A stretch of 63,527 nucleotides of DNA, counting the filler, from Reticulomyxa filosa (taxonomy: Eukaryota > Protista > Foraminifera): NCBI GenBank assembly GCA_000512085.1. It is 17 parts of 17 records of this genome, joined end to end, with 100 filler letters (N's around TTAATTAATTAA, not from the genome) between each part and the next. Parts side by side here need not be neighbours in the genome. Positions count along the whole stretch, not along the records: positions 1 to 1,945 come from ASPP01016879.1; positions 2,046 to 4,858 come from ASPP01000452.1; positions 4,959 to 6,109 come from ASPP01016574.1; positions 6,210 to 17,114 come from ASPP01008462.1; 13 more parts are not named here. The stretch is one strand, 5' to 3'. Position 1 is the stretch's first letter. Every line of letters begins with the position of its first letter. Made by a program: the position numbers and the translations under genes. Of this stretch, positions 1 to 12,600 are shown one piece after another. Under the pieces are notes generated by a model. It was given only the letters and a program-made list of their open reading frames with translations. It did no database searches and was not told the origin of the DNA.

Positions 1-146
1 TTTTTTTTTTTTTTTTGCTACGTATAAAAAAAATAGCAACATTAATACTAATGATAACAATAATGTGCAAAATTGCGTGCGGTTGAAATGAAAACAAACA
101 AACCAAAAAAAAAAAAAAAAAAAAATGGACGAAATAGAACAATCAA

Positions 147-1192
147 GTGTACAAAGACAACATTGGGAAAAAAATGCATGTGATATTGTTTGGTCGCATT
201 GCTTACGAAACTGGACAAATGAATCGGCGAGGCTCGCCATTTTGGAATGACTCGCTGTATTATGTACTCTCCATTGATCGCAATTGCCATGGCGATGTTC
301 AATCTTGCTTCAACCGATTGTCCATGCCCCATCCTAGTGCATTCCATCCACAACAACTGGACAGCTTGCGTCGACAAATTGCCATGTCGAAATCGTACAA
401 ACGCGATATTTTGGTCAGCTTTTGTGGCGCCGTTCGAACACCAACAAGAAGATCGGCCAAAGAGGTGTGTGATTATGCAAAAAATGATCCAAATGTATCT
501 CACGAATTTGATGGCGAGTTGTGCTCATTTGACGATAGTAATGAAGTCGAAGACCGATTAAAAATGAATCCAAAATCCTTTCCCAAGGAGAGCGCAAAGT
601 TAGTGATGCTTCTTTTTTTTTTTTTTTTTGGTTTGTTTGTCTATCTTTTAATGTTGAAACAGAACGTATACGTACAAATATATGTGCATGTTTGTGTTTA
701 TGTGAAAAGAGACGAATTGAAATTCTGTTTGCTAAACAATGTATTGACTTATATGCTCGGTCGGTATTTTGTATCCAAGAAGGTGCAGATTCGACAACTC
801 GAAAAGGACTTTGGGATGGCATGATTCAGGGATGCATCCCCATTTTTATGCATGGAGTGATGACGGAGGAGTTTGAATGCTATGGACACACCAATTACCC
901 TTGGTATATCGTCACACAACCGCAATATTATATTCGGCAGCTACTTGCTCTGCCCAAATATTATGTCGAGAATTTACACAGGAATGTTCTTAGGATGATC
1001 CCGAAGCTGCTGTACACTAATGGACAAGCTGAATTTAATGACGCGTTTGATGTCATTATCGCCTGTTTGGCGAGACTTTCTGCCGTTGTCAATGACAAAC
1101 GCTGCACACACGACGAAATGCTCAAAAGGGAGTGGTTAGACTTTGATGATATGTTAGGTTATCCACAACTTTGGGATCAATTGGATATTTAA
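147..1192 (+). CDS. Exostosin / glycosyltransferase family 47 protein, 3' part, intron-containing
   Basis: SVFCIQEGADSTTRKGLWDGMIQGCIPIF matches the GT47 motif SxFCLxPxGDSxTRRxxFDxxxxGCIPV. The upstream exon has PHPSAFHP and RDILVSFCGAVR. Intron(s) at about 600-710. The 5' end lies outside the window. Confidence 0.8.
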
Positions 1193-1945
1193 CTATCCCT
1201 TTTTCCACTCTTTGCTGACAAAATTTATTTGATCGTTTCATCGTACTCTTACTTATAAGAAAAATATCACTTTTCTCTAACCTTCTTTTGCTTTTGACTA
1301 CAATAAGAAGGCACATATTTTTATGGTTAAAATAAAATAAAAACGAAACAATCATAACATTTGGTTTTATTCTAATTTGTTCTAGTTTAAAGATCAAAGA
1401 GTCTGTCCAATAATTCGTTTTTCAAGCTAATGTTTTTATCCAATAAAAGTTTTAAACGTAATACATTTTCATGTGATATTTTTTCTATCATCCACAAGAA
1501 CAGAAATGACTTATATTCAAATTTCGCTTCGCAGACTGAACTTGCATAAAAATTAGATGAGTTATTAACTCATACAAAAAAACGAAGATTTTGCAACGCT
1601 TAAATCAAGTTTTGTTTGCATGTTGCAGTTTATCAATATTGAAGATCTGCTGATGTAAGAATAAAGAATTGTGATGTCTAATAAAAAGGGTAATGAAACA
1701 ACAAACGAGCATAATGGCAATTACCACATAGTATCAAACCTTGCATTGTGCCAAGACACAGTACTGACAATGAGTTAACATGCGATTTGATAATCTATCT
1801 CATTGACGACCAACTAATTTTCTTCCTTTGTCTAGAGTGACGAAGCATAATTGTGACAATTTTCTTTTTAATCCATTTATGCATTACATTTTAAACACCA
1901 AAGATCAAATATAACTTCATGTATTGTCAACAAAACAACTATTTT

Positions 1946-2045
1946 NNNNNNNNNNNNNNNNNNNNNNNNNNNNNNNNNNNNNNNNNNNNTTAATTAATTA
2001 ANNNNNNNNNNNNNNNNNNNNNNNNNNNNNNNNNNNNNNNNNNNN
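1946..2045. other. Artificial contig spacer N44-TTAATTAATTAA-N44 (first of 16)
   Basis: Identical 100-nt spacers with a six-frame-stop core at 1946-2045, 4859-4958, 6110-6209, 17115-17214, 18603-18702, 22022-22121, 23153-23252, 24426-24525, 29221-29320, 34337-34436, 38123-38222, 46966-47065, 50183-50282, 54019-54118, 55908-56007 and 62410-62509. Confidence 0.98.
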
Positions 2046-3528
2046 TTTCGTATTACATTTAGTCTTCTCACAAATCCCACAATAGTAAAAATTTTCAAAA
2101 AAATAAGTGTTTTGCAAGTAAGATAATAGTAATTATACATTGTCATTTCTTTATATGATACATTACATAAAATAGAAATATATATATACGAAATCCACTT
2201 AATCTCAACAGCAATATTTGCAAAACTATACACAATAAAATCAGTTTTTAAATATAGATATATACAGTGTCCCCGAAAAATTAGTACATGAATTACACTT
2301 TTTATAAATTTTCTTTTTTTAAAAGATGTAATTTTTGTGTTTGCAGTTAAAAACTTATTTTTGCTTACAAAATTTTGATTATAAACTAATTTTAATAAAT
2401 TTAGCTGCAATATATTTGAATTATGCTTTTAACTGATCATTAAAAAAACATTAACAAAAATAAAAAACAAAAAATAAAAATCCAAGACTGTATTGTCCCT
2501 TTCTCACTTTACTCGCTTCATATTAATAAAGACTATTGACAATGTAGAAACTTTGATGCTTCAAACTCTTAAAAAAAAGATATAATATTTTTAAAGCTCA
2601 GCATCTTTACGGAAGAACCAAATTTATTAAAAGTAATCATATTGGTAGTCTTCTAAACACAGCATTGTGCGAAATTTCTGTTGAGTTAATCTCTTAAACA
2701 AAAAGTACAAGTTTTTTAATTAAGCCTTGTAACAGTTACAAAAAGAACATGCAGTCGTCCAAACTTTTGAAAGTTCAATTGTCAATTATGTGAGTAGCAA
2801 TACCACTAACACAACAATCACATTAAAGCTATTCACACGCTAATAACCAAAGTCTTCTGAGTTTCTTTCAAAAGAATGTTGAAACAAAAAAGTTGATATA
2901 GTTGATTGAAAGCATAAAATATCTGGGTTTGGACATTTATTCAATGCAACGGGTGAATAATAACTTTTTAGCGGATAAAAAGTCTAGAACCAATTTTACA
3001 GTCTTTCAAAATTTCAGAAATTAGCAAATTTTAAATTTGCATTAATGGATGAACGTTTTTCATTGAAAAAAATTACGTTAATATTTTCTAAACTGCGTGC
3101 TTCTTTTAGTGTCATCAAATAGATTTTAAAAATTTGACACTTTTTCTATTGGCACAGAAAAATAACAAGTACAATATCGTGATTAATACAAGACAATTTA
3201 TTTTAAATTTTTTTCGGCAGAACATTCTTTAGGAAGAATCATTTTTCTAAAAAAAGAAGTAACAACAGATATTCTATTTATTTTGAACAAATTATTCTAA
3301 ATATAAAAAAGAAAGTTTTTTCATTGCTTTTTTGTGAAAAATTTCAATTACGATGTATTGTTTATTGGTTGTTAGAAATGCTAAGGAAAAAGATTGGAAA
3401 TATTTGGAAAACGTGATTGTTTTGTTTTTTTTCTTTTGCACCTACACAAAACAAGCACCAAAAAAGGCAAAACCAAAATTCCATCTTTTTTTTTGTTTGC
3501 AGATTTGATAACGACAATATTTTTTTTT

Positions 3529-4858
3529 TTAATTGGCACTATCTTTTGCATTAGTGTTAACTAAAGTTTGAGCATTTTTGTCAGCGGGAGATGTTTCTTT
3601 TTTCGGAATAGATTCATTCATTTCTTCTTGCAGCATTTTCACCACATCTGCGATTTCATCTCTAGATATTTTCCCATCTCCTTTGAAATCAAGATCTTGG
3701 ATGATACGGCTGATTTGATCTTCTCTCATATCAACTTCACGAAGTTTCTCTTTCATAACTTTAACAACTTCGTCATACGTTATCTATATTAAAAAAAACA
3801 AAAAAACTAGCATTATAAAAATAGAGAGAGGAAAGGGAATTAGAACCTTCGAAATTAAATGTTATTTATTTATTTAGCAAAAGGAAATGAAAGATAAAAA
3901 TAAAAATAAAGAGAGGAGTATCAAATGAAAAAGAATACATTGTCGCCATCTTTGAAAGCTTTCATCGTCGCTCCAATGGCATTTTCAGTACCAGCGAGCT
4001 TTGTTTCGAGATTGTTAAGCATAAAGTTAATTTGTTTGGAGAAGCGACTCAAAGTTCTTTCGCTACGAGCACGACGTCGCTCCTCTTTTGGTAATGTGTC
4101 CGCAGCAGGAGCAGCTTCGCCAGCGCTGGATGGACCAGTCGTAGGAGTAGTCGCTTCACTACTAGCAGCAGTGGTTGGAGCAGGCGAAGGAGGAGCCGCG
4201 GCAGCCTCGGTTGTCGTTTTGGTCTTACCGCTTCGATCAGTGATTAAATGATCTTGCTTGCCTGGATCATACTTTTCATTGCCAAAGGACATTGACTCTG
4301 TCGCTCCTTCCGGCAAGGCCACCTCTGTGCCTGCTTTTTTCTCTTCCTGTTGGAGCTGCTCGATTTTGTCTGCCGCCAAAGCTTCCAATTTCTGGCGTAT
4401 TTTTAACAACTCCTGTTGTTGTCGACCCACTGCATTTTCATTCATTAACATTTCCAAAGCACTTGCATACTATTGATTCATTCATCATTCAGCCGTAGTT
4501 ATATGAAAGGAGGGGGGGGGGGAGGATTAGATATTAAAAATAAATATACATGCATATACATTATATACAAGATTACAAATATGCATATACATATATGTAT
4601 AAATATATATATGTATAAATGTATATGTACAAGTAAATGTGGATAACATCAAACCTGCAATAATTGCTTTTTGTAAGTATCTTTTTCAGAAACCATTTTA
4701 ATGGCTTCTTCATCTTTGACACGGATGGGCTCTTGAAGCGCTTTTTCTTTGTTTTTGGAAACCTCTTTTTTCATTTCTTCTTCTTCTTCACGGATGAGTT
4801 GAGCTTGTCTATCCAAAACAGTCTTTTCCAATTTGCTGTTAACCACACCCGCCTTTTC
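3529..4858 (-). CDS. LETM1: LETM1-like mitochondrial inner-membrane protein, C-terminal coiled-coil/EF-hand part (partial, 3 exons)
   Basis: Exons at about 4858-4654, 4490-3938 and 3784-3529 give coiled coils (LDRQAQLIREEEEE; LSRFSKQINFMLNNLETKL) followed by EF-hand loops (FKDGDN..; DLDFKGDGKISRDEI). This order matches the LETM1 C-terminus. Confidence 0.6.
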
Positions 4859-4958
4859 NNNNNNNNNNNNNNNNNNNNNNNNNNNNNNNNNNNNNNNNNN
4901 NNTTAATTAATTAANNNNNNNNNNNNNNNNNNNNNNNNNNNNNNNNNNNNNNNNNNNN

Positions 4959-5116
4959 CACCTTCATCATCTTCAAATTCATCTTCATCATCTTCAAATT
5001 CACCTTCATCATCTTCAAATTCATCTTCATTATCTTCAAATTCATCTTCATCATCTTCAAATTCACCTTCATCATCTTCAAATTCATCTTCATCATCTTC
5101 AAATTCATCTTCATCA
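4959..5116. repeat. 21-bp tandem repeat TTCA(T/C)CTTCATCATCTTCAAA, about 7.5 copies
   Basis: Directly visible and runs into the contig end. On the minus strand it reads as an acidic (FEDDEDE)n or an (MKMNLKM)n repeat, depending on frame. Confidence 0.95.
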
Positions 5117-6209
5117 ACTGTTCATCTAAGGGACTTTTTATTTGACTGAAATTGACTTGCATACTTTAGTATACTCACAATCTCTAACATTCCATTTTCA
5201 AACGGAGTAATTTTTAGCAAAGTGTAAACTTTAATGTCGAAAATATTTTCGCTTTCATTAATTCCACTAATTTCAAACCATACTATACGTGGGTATGCAA
5301 GTAGCATTCCAATTTTTGCCCCACTCCAAACCATGTACCCAGCAATTTGAAGTATTGTGTTCACCCAAAATAGACTTGGTAGCGTTTAAAATGTGCACAT
5401 TTTTTCCTTCTTTTTCAGTATCGTGCACTACATTTCTCCATATATGGCTCAATATTACAGGTAAATTATTCACATAATCACATGTGATTTCATCAATACT
5501 ACAATCATCAGACTGTTCCCATCTGTAAATATTATATTTACAGACTTTTTGCTATTATATTATGTAGCCTTCTGTTTATAGGTCCAGTTACGTTCATTTT
5601 ATACGATTTATCTTTAATTTCTTCTTTAAATACATTATTTTGTACTGTCTTTTGCAGTAGATCTTCTAATTCTATACGTTTTTGTGATTTTTATGCTTTG
5701 TATTCAGTAAAAATACAAGAGAAAGTAAATACAAAACTCATAGTTACTATTTCTTGTGCTATTATTGAACATTTTGTGACTTGAAATAAATTTATGTAAT
5801 TAGATTAATTTATATATTCGTTGCAAAAAAGAATGTATACTTATATTAAGAAGGTCTTTTCTTGAAAAAGAGTTCATTGAATACACACTATCTTTTCGTT
5901 AAAAAAAAAATTAATGATCTAATCTTTATTTCAAATTAAATTTTCAACCAAATGATAAATTATATTTGATATTAGTACATGTCCCTATAATGACAGTTGT
6001 ATTGCGAAAATCGTTGGTTTTTTTTTGTTTGATTGTGTGTATGTGTGTACGTAGTGTTGCTGGATTTCATTGTGTTTTTCTTGAAGAAAATGAAAGAAAA
6101 AGATGCTAGNNNNNNNNNNNNNNNNNNNNNNNNNNNNNNNNNNNNNNNNNNNNTTAATTAATTAANNNNNNNNNNNNNNNNNNNNNNNNNNNNNNNNNNN
6201 NNNNNNNNN

Positions 6210-6253
6210 TAACCAACACACAAGGCCACAAAGAGAACGTAGGTTGTGAAAAT
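6210..6253 (+). repeat. Left 44-bp terminal inverted repeat of contig 6210-17114
   Basis: TAACCAACACACAAGGCCACAAAGAGAACGTAGGTTGTGAAAAT is the exact reverse complement of 17071-17114. Confidence 0.95.
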
Positions 6254-6653
6254 GGCTTTCTGAACTTAAAAATACAACTCCGAAACATTCTGAAAGGGAA
6301 CACTTTTTACTTGTACGAAACAACCGGTGTAAAAGTAACAGAGCAACGTGAAGAGTAGGCAATTTGTAGGATTTGACATCTCCTGTGAAAAAGAACTAAT
6401 TTTTTAGACTTTACTAAAATTATAAAAGATCCTAAGACCCCTGGAAATCGAAGTGGGACATCACCTTATCCTTTGTAAGAGAGGTATAATTAAACGAAAG
6501 AAAAATTAATTATTTTACTTAATCGAGAAAAGCACATAAACCAAATAATTACTCATACAAAACAAAATAAAAAACGCAATACAAGCATCCAGTGCATTAC
6601 TCATTTTGGATGCAACACAATATCTCTACACGCGAGGACTTGCCTTGCATAAA

Positions 6654-9600
6654 TTAAAACTCGGACACGGCACCATATTGACTATTAGAGACAAGCAACA
6701 AATGGTGAAGTGAAATGATTTGTTCATGCAACATGGAATCAAAAGAAAAAGAGAGTAACTGTGCCATTCTCACAAAAATCTGTTCCAAAGTGGTTTGATT
6801 CAAAGCATAGCTTACAATAGACAATTTCTGTTTGACACTTTCGAGCATTCGAAACATTTGTGCTAAGGTCATGGCCCCTTCCTTTTCAAATTCAAAGCCA
6901 AGTTCAAATGTAGCTTTATGCTGATTGGCTTCGATCAAATGGACAATGAAGTGCTTTTTTAGTTCTTCTTCTGCTCTTTGTCGAAGTAATGCTCGTTCTT
7001 CTGTCGATTCACAAGATTGGAATGTTATATCCAGCTGATAGCCTTTGCCAAATCTTGATTTCAAGTGTTGAGGAGTGCCTTTTGGAATTATTCATTGAAA
7101 AACAAACAGATAAACAGACGGTTCTGTTTACAATTTTATTTGTGTGTCTGTGTTGGCATTACCTAAACACCGCAGCTGGCCGTTCACCATAATACCTAAG
7201 CGGTGGCATAATGCCTCGCACTCTTCCATTGAATGGGTGGTCAAGATTACACATCTACCTTCCATGGTCGTGTTAATAAATGACCACATGTGACGACGCG
7301 ACATAGGATCCATGCCTTTTATTTATTTGTTTGTAAATATGATACACAAGACATAAACAAAAATAGTAAATAGAGAAATGGTGCACAATACAAAGTTTGA
7401 TCGTAGTAAGAGCGTTTACCAGTGCTTGGTTCATCTGTTATGACAAAAGTGCACAGCAAATACAAACCACAAATAAGCACATGTACAAATAAGCACATGC
7501 ACAAATAAGCAAACAAAAAAATAAAAATAAAAACCTAAGAAAACGACGGGCGGATTTCCAATCATGGCAATGGCGGCAGATAACTTTCGTTTGTTTCCTC
7601 CACTGTAAGTTCCTGCCTTTCTGTTGCGATACTTGGTAAGAGACAGAGCGTTGAGCAAAACTTGGATTTGAGTCTCCAACTCCTTTCCTTTCAAGCCTTT
7701 GATTGTTCCATAAAATTTCAAGTGTTCGTATGCGGTGAGTAAATCAAAAATAGCATCAAATTGTGGACAATAGCCGATCAATCGCCTTGCCACGATTTGG
7801 TTTTCAATTGGAACGCCATAAATGAACGCATGACCAGAACTGGGATGTGTGTCCCCCGTCAGCATTTTCAATGTCGTTGTTTTACCGGCGCCATTTACAC
7901 TATGTTTTTTTTTTTGTTTTTTTTACTTTGCTTTGGTTTGTTCAACTCTCTACAGACATTGTGTGTGTATGTATGAACGTACCCAAGGAATCCAAACACT
8001 TGTCCTTGCGGAATTCCAAACCATAGATCTTCAACAGCAATCTTGAAAGGTGCCTGTCCATCAGGAGTTTTATACACTTTTCGCAATCCACAAATGTGAA
8101 CTGTGTCTCGTTCTGTTGCTCCAGGTTGTAATGTGTTTTGTTCAGTTAATTCAGCACGAATTCTTTTTTGTTCTTCTGCCACATCTACGTCCAATTCTTG
8201 TTGTGCCTTTCATTGAACATCCCAGAGAAGTACAAGTTACATCTGTTTACATTTTCCTCTTTTTTTTTGACAGAAAACTGCTTTTGGCACGTCGATAGTG
8301 AATCCCAGTTTGGTCATCAGCGATGGAAATCCCGATACGTATTCAACCAATAATAGCAATGCAAAGTACAACACAGATTCAACGGCCAAAGCAACAAAAC
8401 TCTGTCCGGTGAGATCATAGGTCCAGTACGTATCATCTTGGAATGCAAAGGGTTTGAACGATATCAAAATCAAGGAATAGGCCAAACAATACATTGGAGA
8501 GGCTCGGAAGAAATACTTTAGTCTGAATTCAATACACACAATCTGCGTATATGCACAAAGTAACAAGAAAAAATGATTTTGCTCAACGTGTCATTGACTT
8601 TTCTAGTTTCATCGCTGATATTCATGAGCACAAAGGTAACAATGGACAAAACCAATCCCAACAGGATATACAAGGCTGCTAAAGACGCTTGTGCTTTGTC
8701 CGGCGAATCAAAAAGCAGAGAGAGCAAATAAGTAAATGGCAACACGGCCAACAAAAACATTATAATGGATAGAATGAAAGGAGCTTCGGCGTCGCCCAAA
8801 AACGCACTTACATTAAAGATATGGACCATTGCAACGATCAGTGCACAGGTTGGTATTGCCACCAAAAAGTCGGCTACAAATTGGCCACACCAATAACTTG
8901 CGAAAGAGACACCAGACACCATTTGTTGGTGTTTCATTTGTTGCTTTCTTTCTTGAACCACTGTTATTAAATGAAGCAATCAAATCAATTCACGGGATGT
9001 GATATACAAACACAACACAAAACACATAAATAAAAATGATGAATAAACCTGGAAAGACAATGCCAACTGGAACAAACACTAATGCAATTGTCAAAGCAAT
9101 AGAAGCAGTCAAGCCACTAATACTGGCCGCAAATACCTTTTGTGAGGCTGTCGCAGGTAATGGATGGGAGGATGTTTTAATGCTAGCATCAAGTGATGGA
9201 AACAATCTTTTCAAAACCCAATTGTCGAACATGCTATTTTTATTTGTATTTTATTTGTTTACTTTTTATTTTGCTATACACTTTAATTGGAACATAAAAC
9301 AAAAACATAACATAAAAAAAACCAACCTAAAAACTGTTGGGAATGAATGAACAGCAGACAGATTAAATCCAAGGGAAACTTGTAATGTCGTACGTGGCTG
9401 CGAAGCGAGTTATATTATAGCATTTTTGAAAAGGAAAAAACAAAATAAAACAAAAACGAAACGTCAAAGTAAACGCTGGTATAATGCATATACTTTGTCG
9501 AATCGCCCGATGGTCAAGTAATTGCTGCTTCCAGTTCGTCACGGTTTTATTCCATTCGATTGTGGAATTATGTACAACGAGCGTGTCATTAACAAGGTAA

Positions 9601-12600
9601 TTCACGAATGATCCCCAATCATCTGCCATTCCGTTGTCGTACGTAATATTCCATCCATCAATGTACAATTCATTGACGGACGGAATCGGCTCAAATTTCG
9701 CATATGGAACTTTGTATGATTCTGGTGAATACCATTGGTTGACATCCAAGACTAAGTTGGGATAGTCAATGGCCAATTGCAGATTTTGTATGCCAAAATT
9801 CAAAGCGGTGAGCAGACAAGGTAAGACGATAGTAAAGAACATGGCTCTGCCATCACGCAATGCCCACCAAAGTCTCTTGTACATAATGGCCCAACAATGA
9901 GTTAGTAATACGTCCAATTCACGTTCTTTTTGTAATCGACAAGTTGGTTGTGCAAATATTTTGGATAAATCCGCTTCACCTTCGCGTCCTTCTAGTGGTT
10001 TATATTTGCCTTCCGTTATTTTTTCATTGTCATATTTTCCCTCTGAATCATCGTTCAAAGATGTCTCTTCTGTATCTTGTACTGACGTTACAGTCGTTAC
10101 AGGCTGCGTTGTTGTTTGTTTGTTTGTTTTTTGTTTTAAAACACTTGCGCGAGTCGAAACAAATTGTCCTGTTTCTTTGTCCAAATCGCCTTTTTTTTTT
10201 TTTTTTTTTTGCAATCAACAATGAAAAGAACATTTCAATAAGGATTGAGACTAAAACACGGACAAGTGATACATACCAAAATCTTCGCCAATCTTCATGA
10301 ACACTTCTTCTAATGTGGTTACGGACACACCATAACCGGTGATCTTTAATTCTAAACACAATTGTTTCCCCATCATCCCACATAATCACCATTTCCGTTA
10401 AAACATAAAGTGTGCACATAAATATATCCACCTTTTTTCTTCACATCCAATTCCTCAAACATTTTTGGAAATGCTGAGGTTTCGGAAAAAGGCAAGCGAT
10501 AAGCAATCTAGGAATTTTTTGTTTCATGTGCAAAGTACGTCAAAACCAAAATATAACAAAGCAACAATAAAAAGTAAACTTCTCCTCCGGCGATAGAGAT
10601 AAGTGAAGCACCATCAATCAATTCCATGACAATGCTGTCGATTTGATGTTTAACAGTGATGGGCTTTACACCGACTTCTAAAGATACCACAAAAGTGTAA
10701 CCAACGCCAAATTTTTGCTTTAAAAACAATGAGGAGCCACAGCAACGCACCTCTCCGGTGGACATGATTGCTATCCAAACGACCAGTGTCGAATATGTTT
10801 CGTGTTCAAACAAGAAGAAGGGAGGGAAGGAATGAGGGAGAAAAAAAAAAAAAAGCGTACCAATTCGATCAGCGAGAATATCCGCTTCATCCATAAAATG
10901 CGTAGTTAAGACAATAGCTCGATTTTTCTTTTCTTTTTCAATTAGATTCCAAGTAGTTCTCCTTGATTGTGGATCCATTCCACTTGTCGGCTCATCTAAA
11001 AACACCACTTTGCTTCCACCAATCAAGGCAATACCGAGTGACAGCTTTCTCTTTTGTCCACCACTCATGTTTGGAGGAAATTCGTGTGTTTTTTCGGACA
11101 GACCAACCATCTCTAATGTTTTTTTAGCTTCTTCTGGGGCTCGGCTTCGTGGTACTCCTTTCAATTGCGCGAATAATTCCAAATGTTCTTGACAAGTCAA
11201 TCGGGGCCAAAGTCTTGATCATTTGTGATATGAGATAATCAAGTGAACATGCATGCATGTGCAAATGTGTGCATAGATAGACAGAGGTAATGTAGAAACG
11301 AAACACGTCATGTTGTGGACAAACTCCCAATGTCTTTCGAATTTCTTTCATTTGCGTTTTAACATGAGTCCTGAAATATTGGCTTCTCCAGAAGAAATTT
11401 CTAACAATCCGGTTAGCATTCCAATGGTAGTGGTTTTACCAGCCCCATTATGTCCCAACAAACAAAAGACTTCTCCTTCGTAAATATCCAATGACACTCC
11501 ATTGACTGCTTTAACCTCACTCTGTCCCCATACATCGCCAAACACTTTTTTCAAATCTCGCATGGAAATGGCAGGACGTTTGTTCAAATGTTCGTCTCCA
11601 ACAGGTTCGTACACTTCCGAGCTCATTAAACTTGACATTCTTCGTTGAAGTAGCAATTGTGACTGTGAACTGTCTTCTGGGGATTGGGCTCCATTTCTAT
11701 GCTTTGGAAACCAAAATGAGCGTGTACACAAGAAGTACCATGGCTCTCTTTGGCCATATCGACTCGGCCACACACGATCCAAATATATGGTCAATACAAA
11801 ATAGATGATTATATCTAATCCCAGAATCAACATCCCATTTGCAAATCGAAAATATTCGTACTCCTTTTATTTTCCCCCATCAGTTGCATTTCTTGTGCAT
11901 ATCTACTTTACACATTTTTACAGACATTTAAGTATAAACATACTTGATTAATATTATCCCACTGCAGTCCGATCAATCCTGTTTCATACTGCATTATCGA
12001 CGTTACCGATACCTAATATTAACATTTTTGAAATATATTCAATATGGTCATAAAACAAAAGAGAGTCACAAGATAAAAGAGGACAAAACAGTTAAACAAG
12101 CTGGTGCTAATAAACACAATGCATTCTTTTGAGATTCTTTGGTCATTGCCGTTCCTGCCAATCCGCCCCTTTTTTTTTTAAAAAAAAAGAAGCCATGAAC
12201 AAAAAAAGTATGTATCAGTGTGTGTATGTCATTATTTGCAAGGGAATGCAACATACATGACACCAAAGGTCAATAAGACATTGCAAAAAGTCGTGGCTGT
12301 AATTAAAACATAATACAATTCAGTAATAAACTGTGGTTGGACAAAAGGAGAAAAAAAAAAACAATACCAGTTCTTGGACTATCGAATATTGTGGATACCA
12401 TTGTACCAAATGTCATGACTGACAGCCCAAATAGATACAGCCATAGAAAAATAACACTTGGAGCGGAATATTTGAATACCTTTTTTTTTTTTTTTAATGT
12501 GCCCGTGCACTACCCCTTTTCAATCGTTCAAAAAAAAAAATCACAATAAAAGGAGTCCACGTTCACACCTGTCCAACAATTCCGGCCGCCCAACAGAACG

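Noticed and set aside
1946-2045. Repeated TTAATTAATTAA palindromes between N-runs as a biological repeat or CRISPR-like array
   Set aside because: Identical N44-12-N44 structure 16 times shows it is an artificial concatenation spacer with stops in all frames.
4911-5162. ORF with (MKMNLKM)n as a novel repeat protein
   Set aside because: It is one reading of the 21-bp tandem repeat. The acidic frame is at least as plausible and the upstream region is frameshifted.
6258-6325. CTGA...CGAAAC pairs resembling hammerhead ribozyme cores
   Set aside because: CTGAACT and CTGAAAG do not match CUGANGA, and stems II/III cannot be built convincingly.
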